From Azolla caroliniana (taxonomy: Eukaryota > Plantae > Polypodiophyta), in contig JBHGNT010000014.1 in assembly GCA_043228905.1 (NCBI GenBank), forward strand, positions 15,562,001-15,626,000: 64,000 bases of DNA. Direction: 5' to 3'. The stretch's first letter is position 1; each line of letters starts with the position of its first letter. The position numbers were made by a program, and so were the translations under genes. Shown piece after piece: positions 39,247 to 51,000 of the stretch. The notes beneath the pieces were generated by a model. It did not search any database. It was not told the origin of the DNA and was given only the letters and a program-made list of their open reading frames with translations.

Positions 39247-42230
39247 AGAAGGAAGTACCAAGATGAAACCCTAGAACGAAGTGAGAATAAAAGAAACTGC
39301 CTAAACCTAAACTAACGATATAAACCCTCTAACACAAAATGGGCAACCTCTCTACAAGGGACCATCCCTTCCTTTTATAGAACAAGGAGAGGGATACGTT
39401 ACAATGTGGGATAAATCCCGATTTACATGGGATTCTTTGTCCCGACTTGAGTCGCACTCGGCGCCATAAAGGTACCCCTATTATTCACACATTTATACAA
39501 GGGTGAGTGCACATGATGCACTCCTCCGATTCTTCTGATATTCCCCGGTTTCTCACCATGACCCGGAATCTTCACGACAACGCTTAAGCCATACAGCTTC
39601 GCACGCGGCGACTGTGCGCCCCTGTATTCGGCTTCAGTGCTCGACAATGCGACTATCAGCTGTTTCTTGTTGCTCCAGGAGATCGCTCCGCTACCGAGGG
39701 AGAAGACGAATCCGGATGTGGATCGTCTATCCGCTTTGTATCCTGCCCAGTCTGCGTATGTGTACACTTCAAGTCGAATGGTCGTATTCGACTTATACAA
39801 GATGCCGTGATCCATTGTCGTAGTATCCTCTTAGCACAATCGAGATGAAGGTTACGCGGATTTTGCATGAATTGGCTAAGTAGGCTGACCAAATAACTTA
39901 GGTTGGGTCGCGTAATGGTGAGATAGATCAAGCTACCGATCAGTTGGCGATACTGAGTCGGTTCAGTCTCGACCGTGCCGGAACTGGCATCAATCTTGAT
40001 ATTGCGATCAAGAGGGGTAGTCACAGGTTTGCACTCTGTCATTCCGAATTTGTACAATAGGTTGAGGACGTAGTGCCGTTGTGAGATCATTATCCCGACT
40101 AGTGTCTGAATTATTTCAATACCTAGGAAGTAATGAAGTTCATGCAGGTCTTTCATTTTGAATCTGCCGGAAAGAAGTGATTTAACATTGCTAATCTCGA
40201 CGAGATTCTTTCCTCCGATGACCAAATCATCCACGTACAAGATGATGATTATCGGGCTATCCGACTCGTTTCGAATGTACATGGAAGTGTCGGATTTTGA
40301 CATTTGGAATCCGACTTGATGAAGATATTGCGTGATCATCAAATGCCAAGCACGCGGTGCTTGTTTGAGGCCGTAAAGTGGCTTCTTGAGTCGGCATACG
40401 GCGTGTGGATGAGTACGCAATTCGAATCCGGGTGGTTGTGTCATATACACCTCTTCTTCTAGCTCTCCTTGGAGGAAAACGTTTTTCACGTCCATCTGAT
40501 GGAGGTGACACCCTTTTGCTGCTGCTAGCGCGATTACGGTTCGTACTGTCGTCATCTTTGCCACCGGGGCAAAGGTTTCTTCGTAGTCTACACCGTGTGT
40601 CTGTGCATAGCCTTTTGCAACGAGCCGCGCTTTGAAGCGATTTATGGAACCATCAACATTGTGCTTCATCTTGTAAATCCACCTGCAACCAATTGGTTTC
40701 TTGTTCGGGGGGAGAGGAATGAGATCCCATGTCTCATTTTTGCATAACGCTTCCATCTCCTCATTCATCGCGTTGACCCATAGCGGATCCTTTGCGGCTT
40801 CGGAAAGCGTTTCCGGTTCCCGTACTGACGCTACCTTCATCATGAATGCATAATGATACACCATGTATTCGTCGTAGCCGTAGCGGTTTACGGGGTTCTT
40901 ATCGCGCGTGGATCGGCGTGGCTTGTCATTTGTGAGTTATAGGGGTTTCTTCACGCCGTCCGTGTGGATGTCAAGGCCTTCGACCTCACTATCGAGCGAG
41001 GTTGGAGTCGAAGTATTCTCCGGTGCGTACCAGGATGCGTATTCGTTGAAGACTATGTCTCGACTTGTTCGAACCTTACGGGTAGATGGGTTGTAGCATT
41101 TGTACCCCTTCTGTTCGAGTGAGTATCCTACGAGGATACATTTCTCGGACATTTGGTCAAGCTTTTGCCGCGTATCGGTCGGGAATATGTACATAGGTGA
41201 TAGAGCCGAAAATGCGGACATGCGATAAGTCCGGCTTCTTTCCAAAGAACTTCTCATGAGGAGTTATGTCGTGTACTCCTGAGGTTGTGCACCTATTCAT
41301 GAGGTATACGGCCGTGTTCGCCGCTTTTGCCCAGTACAATTTCAGCAGGTTCTTCTCATTCATCATGGCTCGTGCGACTTCTACTATGTGGCGGTTTTTA
41401 CGCTCAGCTACGCCGTTTTGCTGAGGTGTATGTCAGCACGAGAACTCTCGTCGGACTCTTTCCTTGCGGAGATACGCCGAGAACTCATCCGAAAAATATT
41501 CTTTGCCTCCATCGAATCGAAGGCATCGTACATGCCGGCCCGTTGTCGGGGTAGTTGTGGTTCGTGTGGCGAAGTCGCAGGGACGAAGGTTAAGGGGAGT
41601 TGAAGGAACTTAAATTTTAATAAGGCTTGTATGGTGATGTAGAAAGGTTAAGAGTAGCAAGAAGAAGAGTTGCGAGTAATGTGTGTGTGTGAGAGAGATG
41701 AGAGAGAGAGAGAGAGACGAGCATAGATAAAAGATAGAGACAATGTATGATTCAAGAAGCAAGATAGACGCAAAATATGATTTAAGAAGGAAGATTGAGA
41801 CAAAGTATGAATCAAGGAACAAGAGTATATGATATAAACATGATGTATATTAAAAATATAACATTTTACCAACTTTACAATCCTTGATCGCAAACTGAAC
41901 ACATTCTCTACCGACCCTTGATTTGAACCCTCGACCTCAACTTCGAAACGAGAGGTTCTCCACCCACCCAATGAGCTAGTCTTCTTCAATTGATTGTATT
42001 ATTTTCTCACTCTCTCTTGATTCCTTCCCTTGTTTTCCCTTTCCCCTCCTTATATAAGTGTTGCCATGCATATGGTAATGTATGGGAGCATGGCATGCAT
42101 GCAATGCATGAGTTACATGTAATGCATGATCGCCATTTGGCGCACATGCATTGCATGTGATGAATGATGGGTATGTATGAAAATAGTATGGGATAAGTAT
42201 AATGATGAAAATGCATTCTAAAATAACTAA

Positions 42231-42428
42231 CCTAGCTTAGTGGTGTATGCTTGGTGCTTGGTATACAAGGTTGAGGGTTCAAGTCCCTCAATTTTACTTA
42301 ATACAATATATAGCTTCATTCTTATATCATGAAGCACATTTATTACACACTTTTACAAATAAATAGCCTAGCCTAGTGGTATGTACATTGTACATCGTAT
42401 ATAAGGATGTGGGTTCAAGTCTCTCAAA
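42231..42428 (+). other. Two tandem tRNA-like (Pol III A-box/B-box) cassettes in the LTR U3, also at 48774-48971
   Basis: TAGCTTAGTGG...TGAGGGTTCAAGTCCCTCA and TAGCCTAGTGG...GGTTCAAGTCT, period ~136 bp; a related cassette lies at 27160-27218. Confidence 0.6.
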
Positions 42429-42525
42429 TATTATTAAATACAACATTTAAGCTCATTTTTATATCGTGAAGCACATTCTTCACGACACCCACCCCCTCTG
42501 AACTTGCACATTGGTTGTGCAGAGT

Positions 42526-45500
42526 TCATCCAACACTTCTTCCGATTTTTAGTTCTTCTACTTCTTCATAAAATTCAGGCTCTAATGACTCCCTCCTTTT
42601 AAATATTTTAATCCTTTTTCCTGCAATTGGGATACGAATTTCTGTCCCATCTAATTCATTGAGGAAATATGTGGCTTTATCTGTTATTTTCCTAACTTCA
42701 TAAGGTCCAAACCATCTTTTTGCAAACTTTCGAATAGTACTGTATTGATTATCTAGGCTATTATCATATACTAATACCCAATCTCCCTCTTGCACCTTTC
42801 TTGGTCGTATTCTTTTCATCTTGTCAAATCTGTCCTTATTCTTGATTCTTGCCTCTTTCAATCTAGTAGCTGCTTTTTCTATGTCTTCTATCCTTGATTG
42901 AAGTTGTCGGATTCGAACCGCAAGTAAATCTTCCCTACTCATTTCCGATTCCCAAGGCAACACAGCCCATGTAGCTATCTTTTCTTCAATTGGCATTATT
43001 GGCTTCTGTCCTGTGATTAATTCTGCAGGCATATATCCAGTAACAGTGCTGTGAGTTGTCCTATCAGCCCATAGTGCATAGGGTAAGGTTTTTGGCCAAT
43101 CACTAACCCGTCCTCTACATGCTTTTGCCAAAGCTTTGACTATTGGCCCATGTCCCCTTTCTACCTTTCCATTAGCTTCTGGATTGTACGCCGTTGTCAA
43201 AGAAAGCCGAATTCCTATTTTGTCGAAAAAATCTTGAGCTTCCGCAGAATTGAGTTCTCCCCTATCTGCCACTATCTTCCCGATACATCCATATCTACAA
43301 ACAATGTCCTCCAAGATGAATTGACATACTCCTAATGTCCCTTTTGTTCTCAATGAACGACCTTCCACTTGATTTGTTAGATCTTCTCTAGCAAGAACCA
43401 AGTATCTCTTTTGTCCTACTCCAAGTGGCATTGTTACCAAATCTATCATCCACTTGTAATGCACCCCCGGTGAGTATGTTGGGTGTAATTCATCACAAAA
43501 TTTTACATTTGAATAATATTGACAAGTGGGACAAGTTTCCACATACTTTTTTATTTGCTCATAGTATCGAGGCCACCAAAATCGTTCTTTAATCTTATTG
43601 AAAGTGGCCCACACTCCTCGATGACCAGCCCATTCTTTGTCATGCAGCTCTTTGATTATCTCCTTTCTTTGCCCTTCAGAACCTATTACTCTTTGCGGGT
43701 TTCCAGTCTTGGTTTTCGGATGTCGCCATAGATATCCTTCATGCAGGAAGAACTTATGGGCTTTCTTGCGAAACTGTGCGAACTCTTTTCCAGATCGACC
43801 TTTGTACTTGTCAGGGGTTTGTAGGTATTTCCCTATTTCCTTGAATTCTTCTTCATACTCCTCTTCTAGAAACTGCATTCCTCCTTCCTGAGTAATGCTT
43901 GTGGTAAGGACTGTTTGTTCTTTGTCCTCATCGTCCGAGTCTGGAATCTCCTCTTCCTCATACCTTGCTCTTGATAACATATCTGCTACTGCATTTCTAT
44001 TCCCAGAGATATGTCGAACTTCAGGGTTGATTGATCTAATATAGATACACCATCTTAACATGGCTTGATCTGGAATATCACAATTAGCTATGATACCCAG
44101 AATAGGCAAACAATCTGTTTCTATTATTACTTCAGCACCAATTAAGTAATCTCTGTCTGTCTTTACAGCTGTTACTATCCCCCATAGCTCTCTTTTCACC
44201 TGTGCATATTTTCTTTGCCGACCACTAAGAACCTTTGCCCCGAATCGGACTGGATACCTTTCTTCCCTATCTTGTTGGCTTATCACCCATCCAATTCCAA
44301 TGGGACTAGAGTCTACTGTGAGATATATGGGCCGGGTGTAGTCTGGTTGCTTTAATGGTGGAGCTTGTGCCAAGTAGTACTTCAATTTCTTCATTGCCTC
44401 TGAATGCTCTTCACTCCATTCAAATGTCTCTCCTTTTCTTAGGAGTCTATATAAAGGTTCAGATAAATGGGCATAATGCGGAATCCATTTACAGTAAAAA
44501 ACACATACCCCCAGAAACCTTCGTACTTCTGAGATGGATGTACATTCCTCTTGCATATTTTGAATTGCATTGACCTTGGTTGGGGATGGCTTTCTCCCAT
44601 ACGGGCCACACATATGACCAACTATTAATATCTCTTTTGCCCCAAATATTGACTTCGCCCCTGATAAGGTCAAATGCACTTCTTCCATCCTTGATAGCAC
44701 CTTCTCACAATCCTTGATATGATCAGCAACGAATTGACGGCAACCACTTTCGTCCAATTCCTCGTTCTTCTCTTCCTCCTTGCATCCCTTAATTGGAACA
44801 TCATCTAGAAAAGGCATTGTAATATGAGGAATAAAATCACGAAGTACCTTGTTCATTCCATTCATCATATGCGCCACTGAGTTGGTCGCTCCTTGCGGCA
44901 AGGTGCACATCCGTACTAACCCTATAGGTGTCTTGATAGAAGTTATATCTCGACTTTTGATAGCAAGTTGAAATTGATCATACCCGGAATAAAGGTCTCC
45001 CATTGAATATATAGCTCTTCCTGCAAACATCTCAGCAAACTCATCCACAATTGGCCCTACTCCCGAGTTTCGGATTGTTACCTTATTCACGGGTTGCATA
45101 TCTTGGATAAATCGGAGTCGCCCATCTTTCTTTAACACAGTGAACCATCGACTCGAGTAAGGAGCGTTCGATGGTTCCAAGATACCCATCCTTATCTTTT
45201 CTTTCAAAAGTTCTAGTAGTTGAGGGATTCTAGCCCTAGGCATGGGTATTGGCTTAAAGTTCCATGGAATATGAGGGATAGTGAATATAACCATGGGCTC
45301 CACAATTTCTGGATCCACACACCCTATTTCCTCCGGTTGGAATGCGAACGCCTTTCCATGCCTTTTTAACATCTCCCTGAACTGCTTTTCTTCAGCGGGT
45401 AATAGGAAGTCACCCCCTCCTATTTTCATCCCTTGTATTGTTTCCGGAGTAAACACATGTCCTACCTTTCGTGGGTCTCTGATCATTGGCTCTGTGGCTG

Positions 45501-45936
45501 CTTCTTTGATTGCCTTTTCACTATCCCCTGGAAGTGGAGCAGCAATAGGACGAACCTTCTTCTCCACTGTCTTGTACTTTGTTAGTACATGTGCTTCATG
45601 ATCCTTTCGAGCAACTTCTTCAATGACCTCATACATCTTGATTGAATGGACAGGAACTTGGATTTCGTTGTCTTCTTCCATTGCTTCCAAATGAGTTATT
45701 GTATCTTCAAAACTTAATTCTTCAAACATATCCTGAATTTCTTCATCATCATCTATTAATCCAGAACACTTAAAGTACTCGAAAGCATTTTGTATTTTAT
45801 TATTATTTACTTTTAGTATAAAAGTAGCACCATTAGATGAGATTGTACAAGGAATATCTTTATTTACATTATTATTTATGGGGTTTTCTTTTATGCTCGG
45901 GCTATCACAGCCCCTACCTGTAAAAGCCCTATCTAA
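42526..45936 (-). CDS. Gypsy Pol (RT-RNase H-integrase), in the -1 frame relative to gag-PR
   Basis: Frame open from 45936; DLYSGYDQF, LPQG, FLDD, DSS/KRELWG/TDC RNase H, HHCC and DDE integrase, WFGPY; no chromodomain. Confidence 0.92.
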   Translation of the reverse strand, partial: LDRAFTGRGCDSPSIKENPINNNVNKDIPCTISSNGATFILKVNNNKIQNAFEYFKCSGLIDDDEEIQDMFEELSFEDTITHLEAMEEDNEIQVPVHSIKMYEVIEEVARKDHEAHVLTKYKTVEKKVRPIAAPLPGDSEKAIKEAATEPMIRDPRKVGHVFTPETIQGMKIGGGDFLLPAEEKQFREMLKRHGKAFAFQPEEIGCVDPEIVEPMVIFTIPHIPWNFKPIPMPRARIPQLLELLKEKIRMGILEPSNAPYSSRWFTVLKKDGRLRFIQDMQPVNKVTIRNSGVGPIVDEFAEMFAGRAIYSMGDLYSGYDQFQLAIKSRDITSIKTPIGLVRMCTLPQGATNSVAHMMNGMNKVLRDFIPHITMPFLDDVPIKGCKEEEKNEELDESGCRQFVADHIKDCEKVLSRMEEVHLTLSGAKSIFGAKEILIVGHMCGPYGRKPSPTKVNAIQNMQEECTSISEVRRFLGVCVFYCKWIPHYAHLSEPLYRLLRKGETFEWSEEHSEAMKKLKYYLAQAPPLKQPDYTRPIYLTVDSSPIGIGWVISQQDREERYPVRFGAKVLSGRQRKYAQVKRELWGIVTAVKTDRDYLIGAEVIIETDCLPILGIIANCDIPDQAMLRWCIYIRSINPEVRHISGNRNAVADMLSRARYEEEEIPDSDDEDKEQTVLTTSITQEGGMQFLEEEYEEEFKEIGKYLQTPDKYKGRSGKEFAQFRKKAHKFFLHEGYLWRHPKTKTGNPQRVIGSEGQRKEIIKELHDKEWAGHRGVWATFNKIKERFWWPRYYEQIKKYVETCPTCQYYSNVKFCDELHPTYSPGVHYKWMIDLVTMPLGVGQKRYLVLAREDLTNQVEGRSLRTKGTLGVCQFILEDIVCRYGCIGKIVADRGELNSAEAQDFFDKIGIRLSLTTAYNPEANGKVERGHGPIVKALAKACRGRVSDWPKTLPYALWADRTTHSTVTGYMPAELITGQKPIMPIEEKIATWAVLPWESEMSREDLLAVRIRQLQSRIEDIEKAATRLKEARIKNKDRFDKMKRIRPRKVQEGDWVLVYDNSLDNQYSTIRKFAKRWFGPYEVRKITDKATYFLNELDGTEIRIPIAGKRIKIFKRRESLEPEFYEEVEELKIGRSVG

Positions 45937-45942
45937 AAATCC
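45878..45942 (-). promoter_or_regulatory. Putative -1 programmed ribosomal frameshift signal (G GAU UUU slippery site + stem-loop/pseudoknot)
   Basis: GGATTTTTAG overlaps the gag stop; stem GGGCT.TTACAG/CTGTGA.AGCCC follows; loop GGGG can pair with downstream CCCC; homologous sites at 37222-37288 and 29924-29987. Confidence 0.8.
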
Positions 45943-48047
45943 TGGGAAAACTCTTCATCCATCTCTTGAATTGGATGTTCCCTCAAGCATTCTTTGTTTC
46001 TTTCATGGTTGGGCCTCACGGTTAAGAATTGGACAGTCTTTCTTCCATCTTGACTCTTGATTCTCGCGAAAGCCGAACCATCATCAATAACCTTTGTTTC
46101 CATCCTCACTGCGGTGATGTAGGGCTGGCCAAGGATGACGGGGTAGGTTGATCGATCCTGCACAAAGAAATTTTGATTCACCGAGACATCACCAATTGTT
46201 ACCTTCACACTAGGACATGCTCCGAATAGATCCTCCGTAGTTTCTGTGGCAGCTCTTATTTTCCACCCATGATTCTTGTCAATCGGCCATCGTCCTCGAG
46301 CGTAAAATTCCGATGACATCATGTTAATCTCTGATCCATGATCGATCAAAGCAATACATGGAATTTGCTGCTCCCCAATTTTTGCAGGTGCCTCCGTTGT
46401 TGCTCGAGCCCAATGGTCCCTTGTATAGTGACTCCTATCCCCTTCATGGACGCCAACATCATTCTGGTTTTTTACACTTGCAGCATTGATGGTGCCACCA
46501 TACAAATCTTGGAGTGTTGCTGCACACCCTCCCGTAATTTCCTCCGTCACCTGTCTCTTCCTTCTAATAATATCTATGATAACTTCATGAAATTCTTTCT
46601 TTGCTATACCCAACACTTCTCTTAAAGTAAATTCTACCTTACTATTTAATATTCTTGTTTCTAGTACCTTTTTTATATCCGTCGTTGTTTCTATGTCTGA
46701 GGCAAGCTTGAAAGATGGGCCTGTCTTTCCTTTTACTTTATCAGCTTCCTTCGGCTCAATAGCACCCTTTTCCATCTCCCTTCTCTTTTGTTCTCGTGTC
46801 TCATGTCTCTTTGTCGGATCAGCTTCCTCAGCTCTCTTCCGCTTCTCTTCCACTAGCACATCTTGTGCATTCACATGGGCGAATGCTGCTAGCGCGTCTA
46901 CTGGATCATTCCATCCAGTGAAGTTTCGTATTTCATCTCCCGCTCTTTTTAATTCATCCACTCGAACCTTCCCTTTCTTTGCATAATCCATCACATCTTG
47001 CCAAAAGCCAGTTCCACCATATGAGTCTTCTACGCGCAATCCTAAGGTTGCCACGGATTGTATCGCTTGAGTCGTTTCTCTCTCGGCATCTTCCATTAAC
47101 CTTTTCATTCCTCCTCGCCCGAAGTTGAGTTGAAGTGGTTGTCGAGTCTCAGTTGAGTGAATCTTGCCATCTTGATAGTAGATTTTATTATGATTAAGAG
47201 CATCCCTATGCTCTTGACAATCTTTTTTCTGGTGGTCGATACTATCACACCACATACACCTTCGGACCATTCCACCTCCTTGCCTTGATGAAGTCGAGCT
47301 TTGTCCCGATTCTAGCTTCGTCACTTTGATCGACAAGTCTTTCATGCCTTTCACTAATTCGTGTAAGAGTGATTCTTCTACTTTCTTTTCTCCCGACTCG
47401 TTTCCCGTTTCTTCATCATTTCTGTCGGGCAACTCCATAAACCATAACTTTCTTTTGCAGAAATGGGCGCACGCCCTTTTCACCTCCTCCCAATCTTCGG
47501 TAAGTCCACTTGGACTATTCTGATCTTCTAAAAGCATTCCCAAGTCCTTCCTGTCTTTAATATTAGTAGCTTGTAGAAACAATATTACTTTATCTGGCAC
47601 TATTATATTTCTATCTCTAACATTTAGTTGCTCAAATCTTTCAGAAAACTCTTTTAATACTTCCAAAACACTTAAATGTTTATTAGACTCTACCCAATCC
47701 ATGAAAGCTCGCCTTGTCATCCTTGACATATCGTTGAGGTTGTATTCATTGAGTAATGCCCTTTCGAATGTTGTCCATGTCTGATTCTCCCTTTGGAGCT
47801 CTTGGATCTTCTCTTGTAGCCCAATCGCAGCGACTCGACTAAAGCTATTAATTTTTGTAGCTTCGTCGACACCGCGTTTAAGCATTTCTTCATTATAAAT
47901 CTTCAGAAATCTTGTTAAATTTATACCTTCGAAGATTCCTACTCGTGCGAGAATATTGTCGACGGCTTTGTCGATGCTTGCCATCATCCCTTGTTCCCGC
48001 ATCACTCGTTCCATCATCGTACACATAAGCCTCATTTGCTCCTCCAT
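45933..48047 (-). CDS. Gypsy Gag-protease (704 aa)
   Basis: CMWCDSIDHQKKDC zinc knuckle; ALIDHGSEINMMS aspartic protease; ends QDF* at the slippery site. Confidence 0.9.
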   Translation of the reverse strand: MEEQMRLMCTMMERVMREQGMMASIDKAVDNILARVGIFEGINLTRFLKIYNEEMLKRGVDEATKINSFSRVAAIGLQEKIQELQRENQTWTTFERALLNEYNLNDMSRMTRRAFMDWVESNKHLSVLEVLKEFSERFEQLNVRDRNIIVPDKVILFLQATNIKDRKDLGMLLEDQNSPSGLTEDWEEVKRACAHFCKRKLWFMELPDRNDEETGNESGEKKVEESLLHELVKGMKDLSIKVTKLESGQSSTSSRQGGGMVRRCMWCDSIDHQKKDCQEHRDALNHNKIYYQDGKIHSTETRQPLQLNFGRGGMKRLMEDAERETTQAIQSVATLGLRVEDSYGGTGFWQDVMDYAKKGKVRVDELKRAGDEIRNFTGWNDPVDALAAFAHVNAQDVLVEEKRKRAEEADPTKRHETREQKRREMEKGAIEPKEADKVKGKTGPSFKLASDIETTTDIKKVLETRILNSKVEFTLREVLGIAKKEFHEVIIDIIRRKRQVTEEITGGCAATLQDLYGGTINAASVKNQNDVGVHEGDRSHYTRDHWARATTEAPAKIGEQQIPCIALIDHGSEINMMSSEFYARGRWPIDKNHGWKIRAATETTEDLFGACPSVKVTIGDVSVNQNFFVQDRSTYPVILGQPYITAVRMETKVIDDGSAFARIKSQDGRKTVQFLTVRPNHERNKECLREHPIQEMDEEFSQDF

Positions 48048-51000
48048 TTCTCCTCGTCGCCGCCTTCACGTCGGGTTCACCAAATGTGTCGGGGTAGTTG
48101 TGGTTCGTGCGGCGAAGTCGCAGGGACGAAGGTTAAGGGGAGTTGAAGGAACTTAAATTTTAATAAGGCTTGTATGGTGATGTAGAAAGGTTAAGAGTAG
48201 CAAGAAGAAGAGTTGCGAGTAATGTGTGTGTGTGAGAGAGATGAGAGAGAGAGAGAGAGACGAGCATAGATAAAAGATAGAGACAATGTATGATTCAAGA
48301 AGCAAGATAGACGCAAAATATGATTTAAGAAGGAAGATTGAGACAAAGTATGAATCAAGGAACAAGAGTATATGATATAAACATGATGTATATTAAAAAT
48401 ATAACATTTTACCAACTTTACAATCCTTGATCGCAAACTGAACACATTCTCTACCGACCCTTGATTTGAACCCTCGACCTCAACTTCGAAACGAGAGGTT
48501 CTCCACCCACCCAATGAGCTAGTCTTCTTCAATTGATTGTATTATTTTCTCACTCTCTCTTGATTCCTTCCCTTGTTTTCCCTTTCCCCTCCTTATATAA
48601 GTGTTGCCATGCATATGGTAATGTATGGGAGCATGGCATGCATGCAATGCATGAGTTACATGTAATGCATGATCGCCATTTGGCGCACATGCATTGCATG
48701 TGATGAATGATGGGTATGTATGAAAATAGTATGGGATAAGTATAATGATGAAAATGCATTCTAAAATAACTAACCTAGCTTAGTGGTGTATGCTTGGTGC
48801 TTGGTATACAAGGTTGAGGGTTCAAGTCCCTCAATTTTACTTAATACAATATATAGCTTCATTCTTATATCATGAAGCACATTTATTACACACTTTTACA
48901 AATAAATAGCCTAGCCTAGTGGTATGTACATTGTACATCGTATATAAGGATGTGGGTTCAAGTCTCTCAAATATTATTAAATACAACATTTAAGCTCATT
49001 TTTATATCGTGAAGCACATTCTTCACGACACCGTGCCTTTTTCCACTTCGGTTTTGAACTTCTAGAAGTGGCCGAACACTTCACCCTTTTGCTTCATCGG
49101 ATAAATGCAGGTATTTCTGGAGAGGTCGTCGATGAACGTGACATAGTAATGGCATCCGCCGAAAGTAGCTGTTTGGGTTGGTTCCCACACGTCTGAATGT
49201 ATGACATCCAGGATCCCTTTGAATACATTCCACTCTTTTGGGAATGGATGACGACGTTGCTTTCTGAATTGGCATGCTTCGCACACTCCCGTGATCTCCT
49301 TTGCCATAAAGTTTGGGAGTCCGATTACGACTCCTTTTGTCTGCATGTTCTGAAGCTTCTGGAGATTGATGTGGCCGATTCTCTTGTGCCACAACTTTAA
49401 GTCGGTTTCTACTTTCTGGCCTTTTGCATACATGGCTGACTTTACTTCGCTCAACTCGAGGATGAACATACGGCCTTCTCGTCTGCCGTGAGCTACGATT
49501 TGATTGCCTTTTTCAATGAAGCACCCATCGTTGTTAAAGTGTACTTGCATTCCTTATTCTACAATCTGGCCGACCGAGACCAAATTTTTCGTGATGGTGG
49601 GAACATGTTGTACGTTCTTGAGGTAGGTCTGTTCGCCACCATTTCCAAATGGGAAATTCCCGATATGTTGTATTGGATGAGTCGTATCATCACCTGTTTC
49701 GACATATCCGGGACGTTCGGGCTTCCGTAATTCCCGAAACCAATCTTCATGGGAAGTCATGTGATTGGAAGCTCCCGAATCGACAAACCATACACTATTA
49801 GGAGTGGAGGCGCTGGTTGTCGCAAATGCAGACATTGAGTGTGCTTCGTGCTTCATTATGAACATTCCACCATGGTCGCCGTAGTCGGAGTTTGTGGCGT
49901 AGTTCATGAGTTGTCGGCCTGTCTCACGTTTCTTCTTCCGGCACTCTTCTTCGTAGTGGCCGGGTTTTCCGCAATACCTGCACTCGACTAGGTTTCGGCG
50001 ATTGCTCGGTCCGGCGTTATGACTCCCCCTTGCGCCAAGCTCTCTGGGCCCATTCCTGTCCGCGTGCCACTGGTGGGAGTTACGCCCTTGATTTCGTTGA
50101 TCATTATTGCCTTGTCCAAAACGACCTCTGTTTCCACGGCCGAAATCTCTTCTATTATCTGACTGGGAGTAGAGCAAATGACCATCTGATGCGTTGTTCC
50201 TCTGTTGGGCGTGATTCTCTTCGACCAGCAATATCAATTGAAGGTCGAAGGAGGGAGGGTTCTCCCTTGTGAGAATAGCCGATCTAATTGCGCCGAAATG
50301 CGGTGCTAAGCCTTCGAGGCATATGTGCACCAGTTCGTCATCGTCAATGACGACGTTGATCGATCCGAGGGCGTCACATAGCTCCTTGATCTTCAAGGTA
50401 TAGTTGCCGATTGACATGTCCCTTTGTTGAAGATTGTTCAGCTCCTGTCGAAGTTGGAGCTTTTGTGCAGCCGTATTGGCTGCAAAGATCTTCTTGAGGT
50501 TTTCCCACGCCTGCTTCGGCGTTTTAGCCTCTCGAATGTAGCCAAGCATATGATCATGAACACATGATGCAAGGCAATACAACACACGGTTGCGGCCTGC
50601 TCCCAAGCAGGATAGTCAACGTGTGTTGGGTTGGGGTGTAATTCGTGAGCTCCTTCGATGTAGCTCCAATAGCCTTGTCCGACAAGATATTGATGCATCT
50701 TGTATTCCCAAGATGCAAAGTTCGTTCTGTTGAGCTTCTCAGTAGGAAGAGCGCTTCCCATTTGATTATTCATGGTGATTTCTTCTTTGTCGATGGGCCG
50801 ACTTTGTTGATCATCGGCGTGCAGCACAACACAGTCGAAAAATGCTTGATCAGGCAACCAGACACTCTGATACCATGTTAAGAAATGGAATGGCAAGAGT
50901 GGTTGTAATGCAGCAGAAGGTGAGCGTATGTGTGTGTATGTATAATAGCAGAGAGAGAGAGATAGAGATAGACAAAAGTATATATGATATTAACAAAACG

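Larger units (their letters stand above)
34333..39579 (-). mobile_element. Composite, deleted Ty3/gypsy; 5' LTR 38683-39579, tRNA-Trp PBS, partial gag-PR-RT; the left LTR remnant 34333-34785 is from a different subfamily
   Basis: TSD ACAC/ACGC restores the host Copia RH frame; PBS TGGTGAACCCGACGTGAA; ALVDHGSEINL; DLYSGYDQF; PFLDNIPIKG. Confidence 0.85.
41544..49030 (-). mobile_element. Intact Ty3/gypsy element; 944-bp LTRs 48087-49030 and 41544-42487, TSD CCGT, tRNA-Trp PBS
   Basis: LTRs differ at only one position I could find; TSD 41540-41543/49031-49034; PBS 48065-48082 complementary to the 3' end of plant tRNA-Trp; PPT at 42488-42499; two long intact ORFs. Confidence 0.97.

Noticed and set aside
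38929-39274. Poly-Glu, poly-Arg and poly-Leu ORFs
   Set aside because: They are translations of the (GAC)/(GAA) microsatellite in an LTR
42231-42428. Functional tRNA genes
   Set aside because: No complete acceptor stem or clear anticodon arm; kept only as tRNA-like cassettes
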